Positions 48,780 through 63,189 of a stretch of DNA of 64,000 nt are shown one piece after another (within the stretch, counting starts at the first letter, position 1; each line of letters starts with the position of its first letter). The notes under the pieces were generated by a model. That model saw only the letters and a program-made list of their open reading frames with translations, was not told the origin of the DNA and did no database searches. The translations under genes and the position numbers were made by a program. The stretch covers positions 21,948,001-22,012,000 of the forward strand of contig NC_043002.1 in NCBI RefSeq assembly GCF_006345805.1, read 5' to 3'. The stretch comes from Octopus sinensis. Its lineage: Eukaryota.

Positions 48780-50900
48780 AGTATTATATTTTGAACAAGT
48801 ACAAACATATATATAACAGATATGTCTGTTAAAATATACATTTGAAATATATTCAAAAATAGCGAAGTCAGCAATTTGTTCGAAGAAATGTTCACTTCGG
48901 AGAAAGTAACTGATCGATATTAGCAATAACAACAACTCCTCAACTTCTACTGCTTCTTCATGCTGTTGTTGTTGCTGTTGTTTTTGTTGTCGTTGTTGTT
49001 ATTGTTGCTACTGCGGTTGTTTTTTTTTATTTGTTCAATTATTTGTAAATTGATTCTTTGATTTGATTTGATTTTATGTTTGATAATTTGGCAGTTGTTG
49101 ATATGACTGGTTTATGTGGGTTTGCTGATTTTAATGTGGTTTGACTCTGTTGGTGTGGGTTGGTTGGTTGGTTGGTTGGTTAAGTTGGTGATTGGCGCAT
49201 TAGTATGATTGATGTATGTGATTTTGCTGGGAAAGTTGGTTGTGTTAGTGCTGGCTCTCAGTGGTTGTATGGGTTGGGTAGGTTGATGTGAGATTCCTGG
49301 GTTCTTTTGCTGCTGGTGAATTTGAATTTTGCCAGCTTCTTGAGTTACAGTATTGGTATATAGATGTCGGTTGTCTGGAATTGTAGTCTGTTGGCGCCTT
49401 GGCAAAGTTGGTGTATTGATTGGCAGGATTGCTTTCTTGGCAGGTTGACAGGTTGGCACGTTTGAAGTGTTGGTTGCATGATTGGTGTGTTGGTAGGGTC
49501 AGTTTTTTGTCCGTACTGCTGTATTGTTTAGTTGATAAGTTGACAGGATTTTTGTGTTAGCTTGGCTCGTAAGTTGGCAGAATTGGTGTGTTGGTAGTGT
49601 TGGTTTGTTGTCAGGAATGCTGTGTTGCTTAGTTGGTCAGCTGACAGATTGGTGTGTTGGCTTGGTTGGTGAGTTGGCAGGTTTTGTGCGTTGTTTTGAT
49701 GAATTGGTAGGATTAGTAAAATGGTTGGATTGCTGTGTTGGCAGATTTTGTGGTTTGGCTTGGTTGATGTACTATTTAAATTGTAATTGTTGCTCAGGCG
49801 AAGATCAATCCTGTTCCAGAAGACTTCTGACAGGAAGCTTTCCAAATGTGACGATCCTGAATTTTCATATAATTAAGAAACAACGCATAACAGAGTGTCT
49901 TTAATTTTTTTAGTGATTGGCGTGTGATTTGACAAGGATAGCGATGAACATTGTAATGGTGACTGAATTCTGGTTCTGTGTTCTTTTCTTCAACCCCTTA
50001 GCCAGTACATCATATTCATCATGTTCTTTAAACCCTTCACCATTTCTCTAACGAACTCGTTGTTTCTCCGTAGAACAGTGAATCTTAAGTTGCTCCAGGA
50101 AGGTCTTCTCTTCATATACCGTACACGCCTTCGGTTTAGGTTCATTTGTTTTCTTTTTAGTGTCTTTTTTTGCAATCCCGTCTACAGCTTCTGATTCTTC
50201 AGAAACTGTAAGACGATGGGGCGGTACAACAGGGAGGAGACCCTTCAACCTCCTGGTATTGAGGATTACGTGTGTTTTCCGACATGTTAGAACTGCCAAA
50301 CACTAATTTCTCGGTTTTGTTGTTGCTGATGTTACAGTCTCTGCTTTCCCATCTCCCTTGGGCTGGAGACCCTCATGTAGCACTTTCTTCCGCACTCATA
50401 GCAATTAGGCTTTTGGCCCAGCACCAGAAGTCTAATTCCTTTTCGCTCTGTACCCATACGAAAATACAACTACTAACAACCTTTTCGGTCTTCGAGTATT
50501 TCGCAGGATTCACATATTAATACAGATCCCACCCGAGCACATATTCTTATTACTACTGTGCCATAAAAGTGACAACGGACTAATGGTATAAACGTCTCTG
50601 CCAATATCTTTAGGCGCAACCACTGTATTCCGTTGCTCCATATATTGCGGCATCTTCTGCATATACTCAGGCGTTTGGTGCAACGGTTTAACTTGCTGGT
50701 TCTCCTCTATTTCAGTCTTGAAAACTACGCACACACTTCTATATATTCTGCCTCAGTGGATGGAATATCATCGTGCTATATATCAGCCAGAGATTCTAAT
50801 TGCTTTTTTCTATACATGCAAATATTCTCCCTCGTTTCTGAATACATGCTTCGGATAAAAAAGCTCTCCCGTGTTATTAATACGCTTGGAAGTAGGCCTA
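48780..50900 (-). mobile_element. Second decayed zinc-knuckle ORF1-like element with a long C/A-rich 3' region
   Basis: VFKTE...VKPL...MPQYMEQR, LLVLGQKPN-CYECGRKCYM (50374-50403); no endonuclease/RT motifs seen downstream. Confidence 0.55.
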
Positions 50901-51193
50901 AGTCCGTCGATTCTTTTTGATTGAACACGCTAGGAAAGCTAAAATTGAAACTTTCGCTTGCGATTACTCTATTTTCTTGACAAATTTGTCTGTCTTACTG
51001 TCTTGTGGTAACTTCCTTGCCGCTAATACATTGGGATTTTCTCAGAAAATTAGGTAAAATACACATAAACACGACACACGACACAAAATAAATGAATAAA
51101 TAAAAACAAAGCCCATCTATTTTCCAAAAGTGATCCGATATATTTCCCAAACTCACCTACCTGCAAACGATACGTTTACCAGTGGCAACTCGA

Positions 51194-51269
<76 letters not shown>

Positions 51270-51332
51270 GTAATAGTAATAATGATAAAGATAATAATGA
51301 TGATGATGATGATAATGATGATGATAATGATG

Positions 51333-51395
<63 letters not shown>

Positions 51396-51427
51396 CGATG
51401 ATGATGATGATGATGATGATAATATTA

Positions 51428-51613
51428 ATAATCCTTTCTACTAAAGGAACAAGGCCGGAAATTTGGTTCGAGGGGACTAGTCGATTACATCAACCTCCGA
51501 AAGGATGAAAGGCAAAGTCGACCTCGACAGAATTTGAACTCAGAACGTAGCAACGGGCGAAATACCGCTAATCGTTTCATCCAGCATGCTAACGATTCTG
51601 CCAGTTCGTCACC

Positions 51614-51615
<2 letters not shown>
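51428..51615 (-). mobile_element. SINE C, ATT-type tail (another copy at 52345-52553)
   Basis: Reverse-complement homology to 16167-16400. Confidence 0.8.
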
Positions 51616-51668
<53 letters not shown>

Positions 51669-51676
51669 TGATAATA

Positions 51677-51715
<39 letters not shown>

Positions 51716-51716
51716 C

Positions 51717-51748
<32 letters not shown>

Positions 51749-51770
51749 CTGATGATGATTGATCTAGAAA

Positions 51771-52311
51771 ATAATTGCTCTGATGCAGTACTAGGCAATG
51801 GCTCTCATGGATTCTAATCTTATCTGATTGGAAATATTATCATGTACATTGTTTTGTCTTGGTATAAAAGATGGGCTACAGCAAATATTCTGCTCAATAC
51901 CACAGATTTGCTTGTCAGTTGTTTGACCATAACCAGCAGAGCATATCCCTTAGTGGCTGACGATGTATGCATCTCTGATCACTAGCAGAAGTAGTGGGGG
52001 AGCATCATAGCCGTGTGTTGAGAGGGATTCTTTGGAGTTTGAATAATTCACCTCTGGAAACACGGGTGTTTCGTTCATCACCCTTAAACAACCCTTATTC
52101 AGGTCCCTTTTGAGCGGGTTGGGCTACTCAATCTCAAGAAAATTCTAACTGGACCCCACCTGCAAGGTTATGCACCGTTTATCAGCGCAGATGTGGTTGT
52201 GATGCTTGTGCCTGGTGTACCCTTATCAGGCGGGTAGTCATGATGGATATATTGGGCTTCGTATAATTGTACCCCAGTGTCACTTTGATGGCATGCGATG
52301 CTTTCTCACTC
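51771..52311 (+). mobile_element. Family D element, apparently full length (~540 bp), followed by (AAT)n
   Basis: Starts ATAATTGCTCTGATGCAGTAC, ends CTCACTC-AATAATAAT; no A/B box recognised. Confidence 0.85.
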
Positions 52312-52574
52312 AATAATAATACTAATAATTACCATTATTATTAAATTTTTTTTTGGTACATGGGCAGCTTGGAGGAGGTGAGGATGAGTCGATTACATTG
52401 ATCCCAGTGTTCAACTTGTACCTATTTTATCGATCCCAAAAGAATGAAAGGTAAAGTCGACCTCGGCGGAATTTGAACTCAGAACGTAGCGACGGGCGAA
52501 ATACTGCTAAGCATTTTGTCCGGCATGCTAATGATTCTGCCAGTTTGCAGCCTTAATAATAATAATAATAATAA

Positions 52575-52629
<55 letters not shown>

Positions 52630-52650
52630 TTGATGATAAGGATGATGATA

Positions 52651-52682
<32 letters not shown>

Positions 52683-52702
52683 AAAAATAGTTTATCGTGT
52701 TT

Positions 52703-53193
52703 CATGATCTTAACTGATTGGTAGTGTCTTCATGTACATGTTTTGACTTGTAAAAGATGGACTACAGCAAATATTCGGCTCATTATCTCAGATTTGCCTG
52801 TCGAATGCTTGATCTAAATCAGTTGGACATCTCCCTGAGTGGCTGACGATACGTGCATCTCTTTCCACGAGCTGGAGTAGCGGGGGAGGGGGAAGCATCA
52901 TAGTTATGTATTGAGATGGATTCTTATGGGGTTTGAATAATTCACCTCTGGAAACATGAGTGTTTCGTTTATCATACTCAAACAACCCTCATTCAGGGAC
53001 CTTTTGCGCGGGATGGGCTACTCGACCCGAAGAAAAAATTATGTGCCCTACTTGCAATGTCATGTACAGTTTATCTTGATATGAGGCCATCAATAACATA
53101 CACATATGACTGTGATGCATGTACCTAATCAAACGAGTAAGGTGTGCCCTAATCAGACGAGTAGTCACTTTGGTGGCATGTACTGCTCTCTCA
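52703..53193 (+). mobile_element. Family D element, 5'-truncated, followed by (TAC)n
   Basis: Homologous to 51771-52311. Confidence 0.85.
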
Positions 53194-53241
<48 letters not shown>

Positions 53242-53333
53242 CACCACCACCACCACCACCACCAAAACAACCACCACCACCACCACCATCACCACCACCA
53301 CCACCACCACCACCACTACTACTACTGCTGCTG

Positions 53334-53410
<77 letters not shown>

Positions 53411-54479
53411 ACGTTCTTATATACGACGAGGATAAAATAATGATGATAAATGCTCTAAAAACCCCAATAGTTGTTGTATAGTAAATGTCAGTAATTTGTC
53501 TTTTCTTTTTTACCAGGACATTTTTCTACCACCATCTTTAATCCCAAAATCCACATACCAGCAACAGGAGAAACAGAAGCAGAGAAAATAGAAACAAGTT
53601 TAAGTAACATTAAGTTTGATTAATAAAACTATATAACAACAAGGACGACGTCAACAACAGTAACAAACACAACGACAACGCCGAGAACCTGTTTACGTGC
53701 ACACTCGAATACGCATAGAGAAATAAGGGACTGATTAAAAAAAAAACAAAGGGGAGTTAATTTGACTTTAGTGGTCAAAAACATCTATAATAACTATACA
53801 ATAACAACACCAACAACCATAATGCCAATAAAAATTATGGTAGCAGTAATAACCACAAGTATACACAAGAGAAAATATTATAAAAAGGATTAAAAGTGAG
53901 AAATTGGCCGCAGGAAGAGCAATAATAGCAAAAGCAGCCAGCAATAACAGCATTGGTGATATTCATAACGACAACAATAAGTATTGTAGTGACAAAAATA
54001 TTAATAAATAAAACAGTAATTAAAATAAGGGGAAATAATTAACTCTGAGAGCAGCAACAAGAATAAGCAGAAAGAGCGGCGTGAAAAGCAGCAACGACAA
54101 GAGCAGCATCAGCCAGAACATCATCAACAGAGGTGTATCTTATTCACTGATATGGCTCTGTCCAGCTACACACGTTTCTGTGTGGATGGATACAAAAAAT
54201 AAAGGGAGATAATTAGACTCAAGATTTACAGAAGCTGCAACAATAAAAACAAAATTCAAAACAGTGGCGACGATAACGACGGTCAGGTTGCGAAACCTAG
54301 CTTCAGTACAAGTCATATATTACCACCAAGAACTACACACGCTTTGATGTGGCCATACTTTATAAAACAAGTGGAATAGTCATTTATATGAGCCGCAACA
54401 ACAGCTGAGCAACATATCGTATTTCAATTCTAACACGGTATTCCTAACTTGCACCGACTTTACAGATTTCTGTCTGGAA

Positions 54480-54527
<48 letters not shown>

Positions 54528-54534
54528 CATCGCC

Positions 54535-54779
54535 ATGGAAGCAGACAGCCACAATCTTACGTACGATCGACTCTCGGACGATTTAGACGAGAGCATTGGC
54601 GATTCGTCGTCACACTCAGCAGACATGCGCAGCTGGCGCTCAGTCCCACTTCTCGCTTCTTCCGAAAGACACCGCTTTCAAAACAACGATGAATTAGCTG
54701 ACCACCGATCAAAGTCCATGTCACATTTCCCTCTCGGATTTGAACTTCTCCAGACAAGTGATGATATGGATGAAATGAG
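54535..54779 (+). CDS. Probable first coding exon of an unidentified host gene (81 codons, acidic/Ser-rich N-terminus, phase-2 donor)
   Basis: Strong Kozak GCCATGG, non-repetitive GC-richer reading [23 protein letters not shown]...[13 protein letters not shown], donor AG|GTCTGT at 54779/54780, upstream acceptor TTTACAG| (54465) with CTAAC branch site (54444-54448). No downstream exon identified. Confidence 0.65.
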
Positions 54780-54797
54780 GTCTGTTAAACTGATAAA

Positions 54798-54863
<66 letters not shown>

Positions 54864-54893
54864 GTCTATCTGTCTGTCTGTCTGCCTGTCTGC

Positions 54894-55010
<117 letters not shown>

Positions 55011-55012
55011 GC

Positions 55013-55054
<42 letters not shown>

Positions 55055-56105
55055 TTCTATCTTTTATCACTGAATGCTTTTTATTCAAGAAAACCCTATA
55101 TAATTTCAGTCATTCTAAGATCTGTTAATTACGAGTAAAACTATGATTTTCAAGGCGATCAAATGAGATTGAAATATGTCTAGAGTAGTCTTCGTACACA
55201 TCAAAGCACTCCCCATTTCTTATCCTCCAACCAATTTTTAATCTAGTTGAATTTCGGAGTTGTTTCCATTCTCATTATTAACTGACGAGTTATCATTAAC
55301 ACTATTTAAAAAATATTTTTCATTATAGGGTATTTTAATAAACTGTTATATCGTTTTTTTTAATGAGTATATTTACTATGTTAGACTCTACTGATGTATA
55401 TGCTCTTCATATATGTATAAACCTGTATTGTTGAAAATGCTTAACCAATTTGTATATTGTATATTTGTTACCGGAGTGATTAAATAATTAACAAAAATTT
55501 TATATACAGTCGGCATATATTAAAAAATCTGAGATGAATTTAATGTTGTTAAACTTCAATTTATAACACCCGGCAGTGAACAGATATAGAGACATTTCGT
55601 TGTTCTCATATGTTAGTGAATCGGTAGAGTTGTTGGATAGAATGCCTTGCGGTATTTAGTCGCGTGCTTTTACGCTTCGAATTCAATCATGCTGTCGATT
55701 TTGGCGTTGATGTCTTTTGGAAGCGATAAAATATGTACTAGTTGAGTAATGGATTTGATATGTTCGTGTATACGACATCAAAATTGTCTTTGGCCTCGTC
55801 CGTGAATTAAAAATATGTTTGTTGGTATTGTGACACATGGTTATATCAAACATGTTTTGCATACAGCTGAAGCACATCTTTACGTTATTCCTGTTGACCA
55901 ACTGTAAGAATAACCGGCTGTTTCGGAAATGCTTGTTGGAAAAGAAGAAGGGATTTCTTGCAACATTACTTTTAAAATAAATGTCGAATGATAAATTGTT
56001 TCCATACTACATTTCTCTCTTATTTGTGTTTTAAGGCAGATTTGTTGCTGTTTATGATGTTAGAAATAACTATCTTTTTCAGACATAAAATTACATTGTC
56101 TAGAC

Positions 56106-56453
56106 CAGGGGTTCTCAATCATTTTTTTATCAATGGTCCCCTTTGATTACTATTTTATTCTGGTGGACCCCATCCTTTAGCCATTCGATATTTAAAAACT
56201 AGTTTTATAGAAATTTCTTTCAAAATTCCTGTTTTGTTTTTCACACATTCCCTTGAATAGGTTGATCTATGTAAAATGTTAGAGAAAAATCTGTTTCTTG
56301 CAATACATATCAATACATACATCAAAAGTAAAATTTTTTCAGGGTCCCTTAAAATGCTATTGTGGATCCCCAATTTACTATTTTGCTGCGTGGACCCCCA
56401 GAAATATTTTATGAACCCTAATGGGCTATATAAACCATGGTTGAGAACTACTG
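56106..56453. mobile_element. hAT (Charlie-like) MITE
   Basis: TIRs CAGGGGTTCTCAA / TTGAGAACTACTG; left flank GTCTAGAC matches the Charlie target preference, right TSD is degraded. Confidence 0.75.
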
Positions 56454-57059
56454 GCTGAGATGATAGGGTTAAATTGCAGGATATTTAGCGGCTGTCTCTA
56501 ACAGGCTGGAAAACCATTTAGCGGTACTCTTATTGGCTTCTATGGTCGGGCGGTAGTTGTTACTGCTGAATATTTGATGTTGTATTTGATAACAGTCATT
56601 TTTTAGCTCCTTCTTGTAGCACTCGGTAGCCATGTTAAAGATGTCAACTAAGAATGAAATTCATATTCTTTTTGTCTATCTTTTAAAGTAAATATTCGAT
56701 GGCGTTGGGTGGTTAGATTGTGTGTGAATGTAGAATGGAGTTATATGTAGTTAATTGAAAGGCTCGTATGATTTCAAAGATGTGTTAAATGTAAGCGACT
56801 TTGCTGTTAAAAGGTTCATTTCAATTTTTCATACTTACACCGAGTTTGTTGAATGTTCATTTATTCTGAGGGCTCCAGATTTCTATACTATCAAAATGAC
56901 CTATTTCAACTTTCTTAGACCTGTATGTACCCTTGCTATAAAAGAAAGATCCGGTCGCTCTCCATGGTCGCTCTTCATGATGTTCGTGCATATTTTGGTG
57001 AATTGGGAAGCTGTTAAAAGATCCATGCTTACAAAACTGTTCTTCGAAACGCGGAGTAG

Positions 57060-57330
57060 ATGAAACAGGGACAACTGTAGAAGGGGAATATTCTTTATGT
57101 TGTATGTCTCGTTTCTCTGTTTGTGTTCGAAAAATACTTCGTTTCTATGTTTTTGGTTTTATGCTTTCGTTTCTCATTGTGTTCAACGTTTTTTAATGTC
57201 CTGTATCCATATGCATGTATACATATATATGTAGGTATGTACATATATGTATGTATATATGCATATATCTATATATTATTTATATTATTATATGATTGAA
57301 CCCCACGCATCCTTTTCCAAGTTTTATCTA

Positions 57331-57417
<87 letters not shown>

Positions 57418-58080
57418 CAGTAATAACTTGACTACCGCGATAGTATATACACACATGCTTATATGGGTACAGGACGTCGCCAACAGTGCAGATAACATGA
57501 AATACGTAAACAACGAGAAAAAATGGAAAACTGGGCAAGTAAATACAGAGAAAGGACCCTTCATCAGTTGTCGGCTGAATATCTACTCCTCATTTCGAGC
57601 ATTCAGCGACAATATAAGTCTTCAAAGACAGTTGCTTCCATAAATTCTAAAATGAAAAAAAAAAAAGGATTTATAGAGGGTCAAAGATGGGAACGAAAAA
57701 ATGACTGTGGAGACATACAAGGAAACAGAACGAAATTAACATGGAAGGTCGTTAGATCAGAGCAAGAGGAAGATAGTGAACACTGGGAGAAACAGTTTTT
57801 GAGAAGAGAAAAGATAGAAGAGAGAGAGAGAGAGAGAAACACGTCAGTTCGTTTAAACATCTGGGCAGGAAAAGAAAGATGATCACATGAAGAAAAGAAG
57901 GATGGACGATGGTCAAGTGTGAGCAATGGCAGAGAGAGAGAGAGAGAAAGAGAGGAGAAGGGAATTAGGGAAGGATGGAGGAAGAAAACCGTATAGAGTA
58001 GAGAGTTGCATCAAAATGGGGAAGATAAACTTACTTGGAAATGGATGCGTCGCGTTCAATTAAATAATAAATAATACATA

Positions 58081-58157
<77 letters not shown>

Positions 58158-58380
58158 TATATGCGCACAGGACGTCACCTACGGTGCAAATAGCATAAAA
58201 TACGTAAACAAACGAAGAAAAAACGTAAACGACTAGAAGAAATGGAAAACAGAACAAGTTAACTCAGAGAAAGAACTCTTCATCAATTGACTTGTCCTGT
58301 TTTCCATTTTTCTCCTTTTTTACGTTTTTCCCTCCTTTGTTTACGTATTTCATGTTATTTTCACCGTTGGTGACATCCTG
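57060..58380. mobile_element. Cluster of family F repeats in inverted pairs (probable Penelope-like ends); another copy at ~34650-34925
   Basis: 57060-57325 (+), 57440-57620 (-), 58168-58259 (-) and 58290-58380 (+) share TTTACGTATTT/CATGTTA/TGTCCTGTA-type motifs. Confidence 0.6.
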
Positions 58381-58386
58381 TATCCA

Positions 58387-58464
<78 letters not shown>

Positions 58465-58481
58465 TATTATTTAATTAAACT

Positions 58482-58574
<93 letters not shown>

Positions 58575-58600
58575 TGTATGTATGTATGTATGTATCTATA

Positions 58601-59088
58601 CCGTAAATCCTTGAGTATAATTCGCATTTTTTCCCCAAAATTTAATGGTCAAAATCCCTAGTGCGTACTATATACGAGGTTTAAAATGAAAAATATTTTC
58701 TAAGTAATGTCCGAGTCTCTATTTGCTGTCCGGCAATGTTTATTCAGACGCATTTTGTGATGTCGGGCGCGAAAATACCTTAAGCTAAGCCTGAAAGCAA
58801 TGAAGAATCACCCATAACTTGCAGCAAGCAACATTTATTGAATAAAAGTATTCAGAACACAGAATAACATGTAACAAAAACAATTTGCAAACATATTTAC
58901 AATCCCATATAACAGTTAAGAACATCACCATTATTATTTGTTCGACCAGGTGCTGCTGGCTTATTACGCGCCACTCAAGTTAGAGAAGGGGTACGTATTA
59001 TACACAAGGTTTAGGTTTTTCAGAAGTACAGCCCCCTAAAAATCCCCTGCGTATTATACTCAAGGGCGTACTATACTCTAGGATTTAC

Positions 59089-59090
<2 letters not shown>
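58601..59090. mobile_element. Tc2/pogo-like MITE, copy 1
   Basis: TA-flanked TIRs CCGTAAATCCT(T/A)GAGTATA. Confidence 0.85.
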
Positions 59091-59173
<83 letters not shown>

Positions 59174-59199
59174 TGTATGTATGTATGTATGTATCTATA

Positions 59200-59689
59200 C
59201 CGTAAATCCTTGAGTATAATTCGCATTTTTTCCCCAAAATTTAATGGTCAAAATCCCTAGTGCGTACTATATACGAGGTTTAAAATGAAAAATATTTTCT
59301 AAGTAATGTCCGAGTCTCTATTTGCTGTCCGGCAATGTTTATTCAGACGCATTTTGTGATGTCGGGCGCGAAAATACCTTAAGCTAAGCCTGAAAGCAAT
59401 GAAGAATCACCCATAACTTGCAGCAAGCAACATTTATTGAAATAAAAGTATTCAGAACACAGAATAACATGTAACAAAAACAATTTGCAAACATATTTAC
59501 ATTCCCATATAACAGTTAAGAACATCACCATTATTATTTGTTCGACCAGGTGCTGCTGGCTTAATTACGCGCCACTCAAGTTAGAGAAGGGGTACGTATT
59601 ATACACAAGGTTTAGGTTTTTCAGAAGTACAGCCCCCTAAAAATCCCCTGCGTATTATACTCAAGGGCGTACTATACTCTAGGATTTAC

Positions 59690-59691
<2 letters not shown>
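59200..59691. mobile_element. Tc2/pogo-like MITE, copy 2
   Basis: Identical to copy 1 except two 1-nt A insertions and one substitution. Confidence 0.85.
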
Positions 59692-59740
<49 letters not shown>

Positions 59741-59954
59741 GTGTAGATAGATGGATAAAGATTATTTGCCAAGATAATGTGGCAGTCCCGGTTGAGACAA
59801 ATGTTACTGTTGTTTAGCTCCAGGAAACATCGTCCCCAGCTGACTATACGATACAATGTGTCCTTATATTTTCGAACAGGAGAGTTTAGCATCTCCACTC
59901 AGCACAAAGCAATATCTGTGGACCGCAGTTTCTGGGTTATTTCTGTTCCTCAGG

Positions 59955-60290
59955 CAGCTGGAGACGATGTTTCCTAGGGTCGAAAACCACACTTGGACTC
60001 AGGGAGGACGTCTCCCGCGAGGATGAGGTGATGATTGAGTAGGATACGGGCGAAGAGCTTGCTTGCAATACTCAGGTGTGAGATGCCCCGATAGTTGCTG
60101 CAACCCTCACGGTCTCCCTTCTTGTAGATGGTGATGATAGTTGCATCACGGAAGTCGTTCGGTGGGATTTTGCGTTCCCAGAACTTGAGGATAAGGAGTA
60201 TCAGATGATTTCTAAGCTCAGGATCTACGTGCGGGAAAAACTCAAAGACCCAAAAGCTTTACCCAGCTTCATGCGCCTGAATAGCTTGTT
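59955..60290 (-). mobile_element. RTE-clade LINE fragment, start of the RT domain
   Basis: PNDFRDATIITIYKKGDREGCSNYRGISHLSIASKLFARILLN...DVLPESKCGFRP. Confidence 0.9.
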
Positions 60291-61312
60291 GAAATCACAC
60301 ACACACACTAACACACACGCAGACGCATATATGTACATACATACATACACACATATACATACATACATATATAAGAGAGTAGAGTCACAAGTTTAATGAC
60401 ACCATCTTACAGGGTTTCAGTGGCGATAATGGTCGAATTAGGCAATCTAGAGTAGTTAAGGTTACTAAGTCTCACTTCGTCGGATACTGACTATGGGACC
60501 CAATAGAAGAAAATTTCGACTGAACTTCGTAGGTTTCTCCCTCTTCAATAGATAAAAATGCAGATAGAGTTCTAAATACTACTTATGTCATGTCCAAAAT
60601 AAAAGTAAACTACACACACACACACACACACAACACACACACACACACACACACACTTATTGGATGAAGGTTAGTTTTTAGCGGTGCATTTAAGTTTGTC
60701 TCGACTGCTTTATAGCTTAGTATTGCATGCTTCTGTGCAATTTTCACCGTGTGTAGGTTGTTATTTTTTTATAAGATTTTTGTTATGCTATTGTGTAAAA
60801 ACTATTGCTCTAAGAATCTTTGATTATTCTGTAAACAAAAGCTTATTGATTTGTCTGCGAATATTAATACGTTTTGAGGAGAAATTTTATAGATTTTAAA
60901 TTCGAGCCTAGTTTACGCAAGAATTGTTGTATCAATATGATTATAAATGCTGATACTGAATACATTAAGAAGAACATGTTTAAAAGCTTTCAAACTTTTG
61001 TTGCTCGCATCTCTATTACGTGAAAGTAAAACTACGTATCTTTTGTGTTCTATAAATGGTAAAAGTAAGCCTTCAATGAATGATTTTACGTAGATTTCTG
61101 GAGGGAGTTAGACTATATTTTTATCGACTTTTTCATTTCTGTTTAATGTTTGTAGTTCGTCTCCGTGTTTAAATATCACTGTACTTTGGGTATGATCAAC
61201 GGTGCGACGGCGATAGAATATTGGTTTTGCTTATTTGTGAGCACACATTTAGACACGCAGATGTATATATATATATATAGATTAACTTACGTGTATACTG
61301 TATATATATATA

Positions 61313-61360
<48 letters not shown>

Positions 61361-61389
61361 GTATGTATGTATGCGTGTGAGTGTGTATG

Positions 61390-61425
<36 letters not shown>

Positions 61426-61673
61426 GTTCGTGTGTGTGTATGTATATGTATATATATCTATATATATATATATACACTCATATATATATATACATAAACA
61501 TATATAAATATATATACAAATAAATGTATGCATGCATATACACGTACACACACACACGCATATGCATAATTGAATACATATATCTCTCATAATCTCTGCC
61601 CTCCATATATACTTGTATTGTGTGTGTGTGTGTGTGTGTGTGTGAGTATGTGTGTGTGTGTGTGTGCGTGTAC

Positions 61674-61716
<43 letters not shown>

Positions 61717-63189
61717 TTGAAACATCAAACAATAGTTACAAAACTAGGTTGAGCTGAATAATTAGTTTTCAATTCTGTGCCAATTGTCTGACTTTCGAAA
61801 TAGAAGTTTAGCTATAAACATATCATATTCTTCCTAAACTGGAAAAAATACCACATATATATTAATATACAAAAACAAAAAAACAAAACAAACAAAAACA
61901 AAACAAAACAAAACGAAAACAAAACAAAAATAACAAACAAACAACCTTTTATGACAATATAGTAAAAGCATACCAAATTCCCGCATCGCAGTACATCCAC
62001 CCGCAACACAGCACTAAAACGCAAACTACAGTGTATTTCAATACAGTATAATACAATGTATATATATAATATATATATTATATATATATATATATATACA
62101 TATACATACACATACACAAGCATACATTTGTTTTTATATTTATGCATATTTGTTTACGTACAAATGAGCGCTAACACGTTATCTTAAAGGTAGCGTATTT
62201 GGTAGTGACATTGGGTTTTTGATGGTGCCAGTTGATCTTTCCGATCGATACCAAGTAAATTGTGTTTCAACTGAGTTTTCTCCTGGTGGAAGTGTTATCG
62301 CTTGCCATTGACAAAGGGTGAATTGGTACTTAGAATGCAGTGAGTGACGACTGATGCTGCAAGGTATCTCGCCCATCATTCAAACAAATCTGCCAATCTG
62401 CCTCCTTGGATTGGTACCTTTCTTTATCAACTCCAAAAGAATGAAAAGCAAAGCTGGCCTCAGTGGGATTCTAAATCAGAACCTAGAGACAAGGAACAAA
62501 TACCTAAAGGTATTGTGTCTGAATCTCTAACGTGCCGGTCAATTTGCCGCCTTAAATGTATATGGTGATTATTTAGCGCATGCCTAAGTATATCTTGGAT
62601 TACTTTGTTCAACGTGTCATTAGTTTTTATAAGAATTTGAGATATGTGATTTGGTAGTTGCTTTCTTTGTTTAGTGATAATAATTCTTCTGCTTGGCAAA
62701 AATCCAAACACTGTTTCGGAAGAATCGATTAAAACAACTATAATCGACTTTTGTATTTCACCGGGGCTTGTGTTATTCACACAAATGTACACAGTCACAT
62801 ACGCACATGCTATATTTATGCATAAATATATACACATATTAATATTGTACATATGTGTCTCTCTCCTTGTATATGTGCATATATATATACACCCTATATA
62901 TATATATATACACTCTATTTATATACCCTATATATATATATATATTTATGCATAGGCATACGTATATTTACACGCATACCCACATATACATCTGTGTATA
63001 TCTAAATATATATATATATATATTATATATATTATATATATACGTAAATATATGTATATATATGTATGTATGAGTATGTATATATATATATGTATTTATG
63101 TATGTATATATATGTATATATATATATATATGTATATATGTATTTATGTACGTATAGATATGCACACACACACACACACACATAGTCTA

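Noticed and set aside
51771-51830. Hammerhead at the family D 5' end (CTGATGC)
   Set aside because: A9 is absent and there is no GAAA partner.
57035-57600. Type II hammerhead in family F (GAAA...GACAACTGATGAAGGG)
   Set aside because: Core halves and a wobble stem II exist, but stems I and III do not form.
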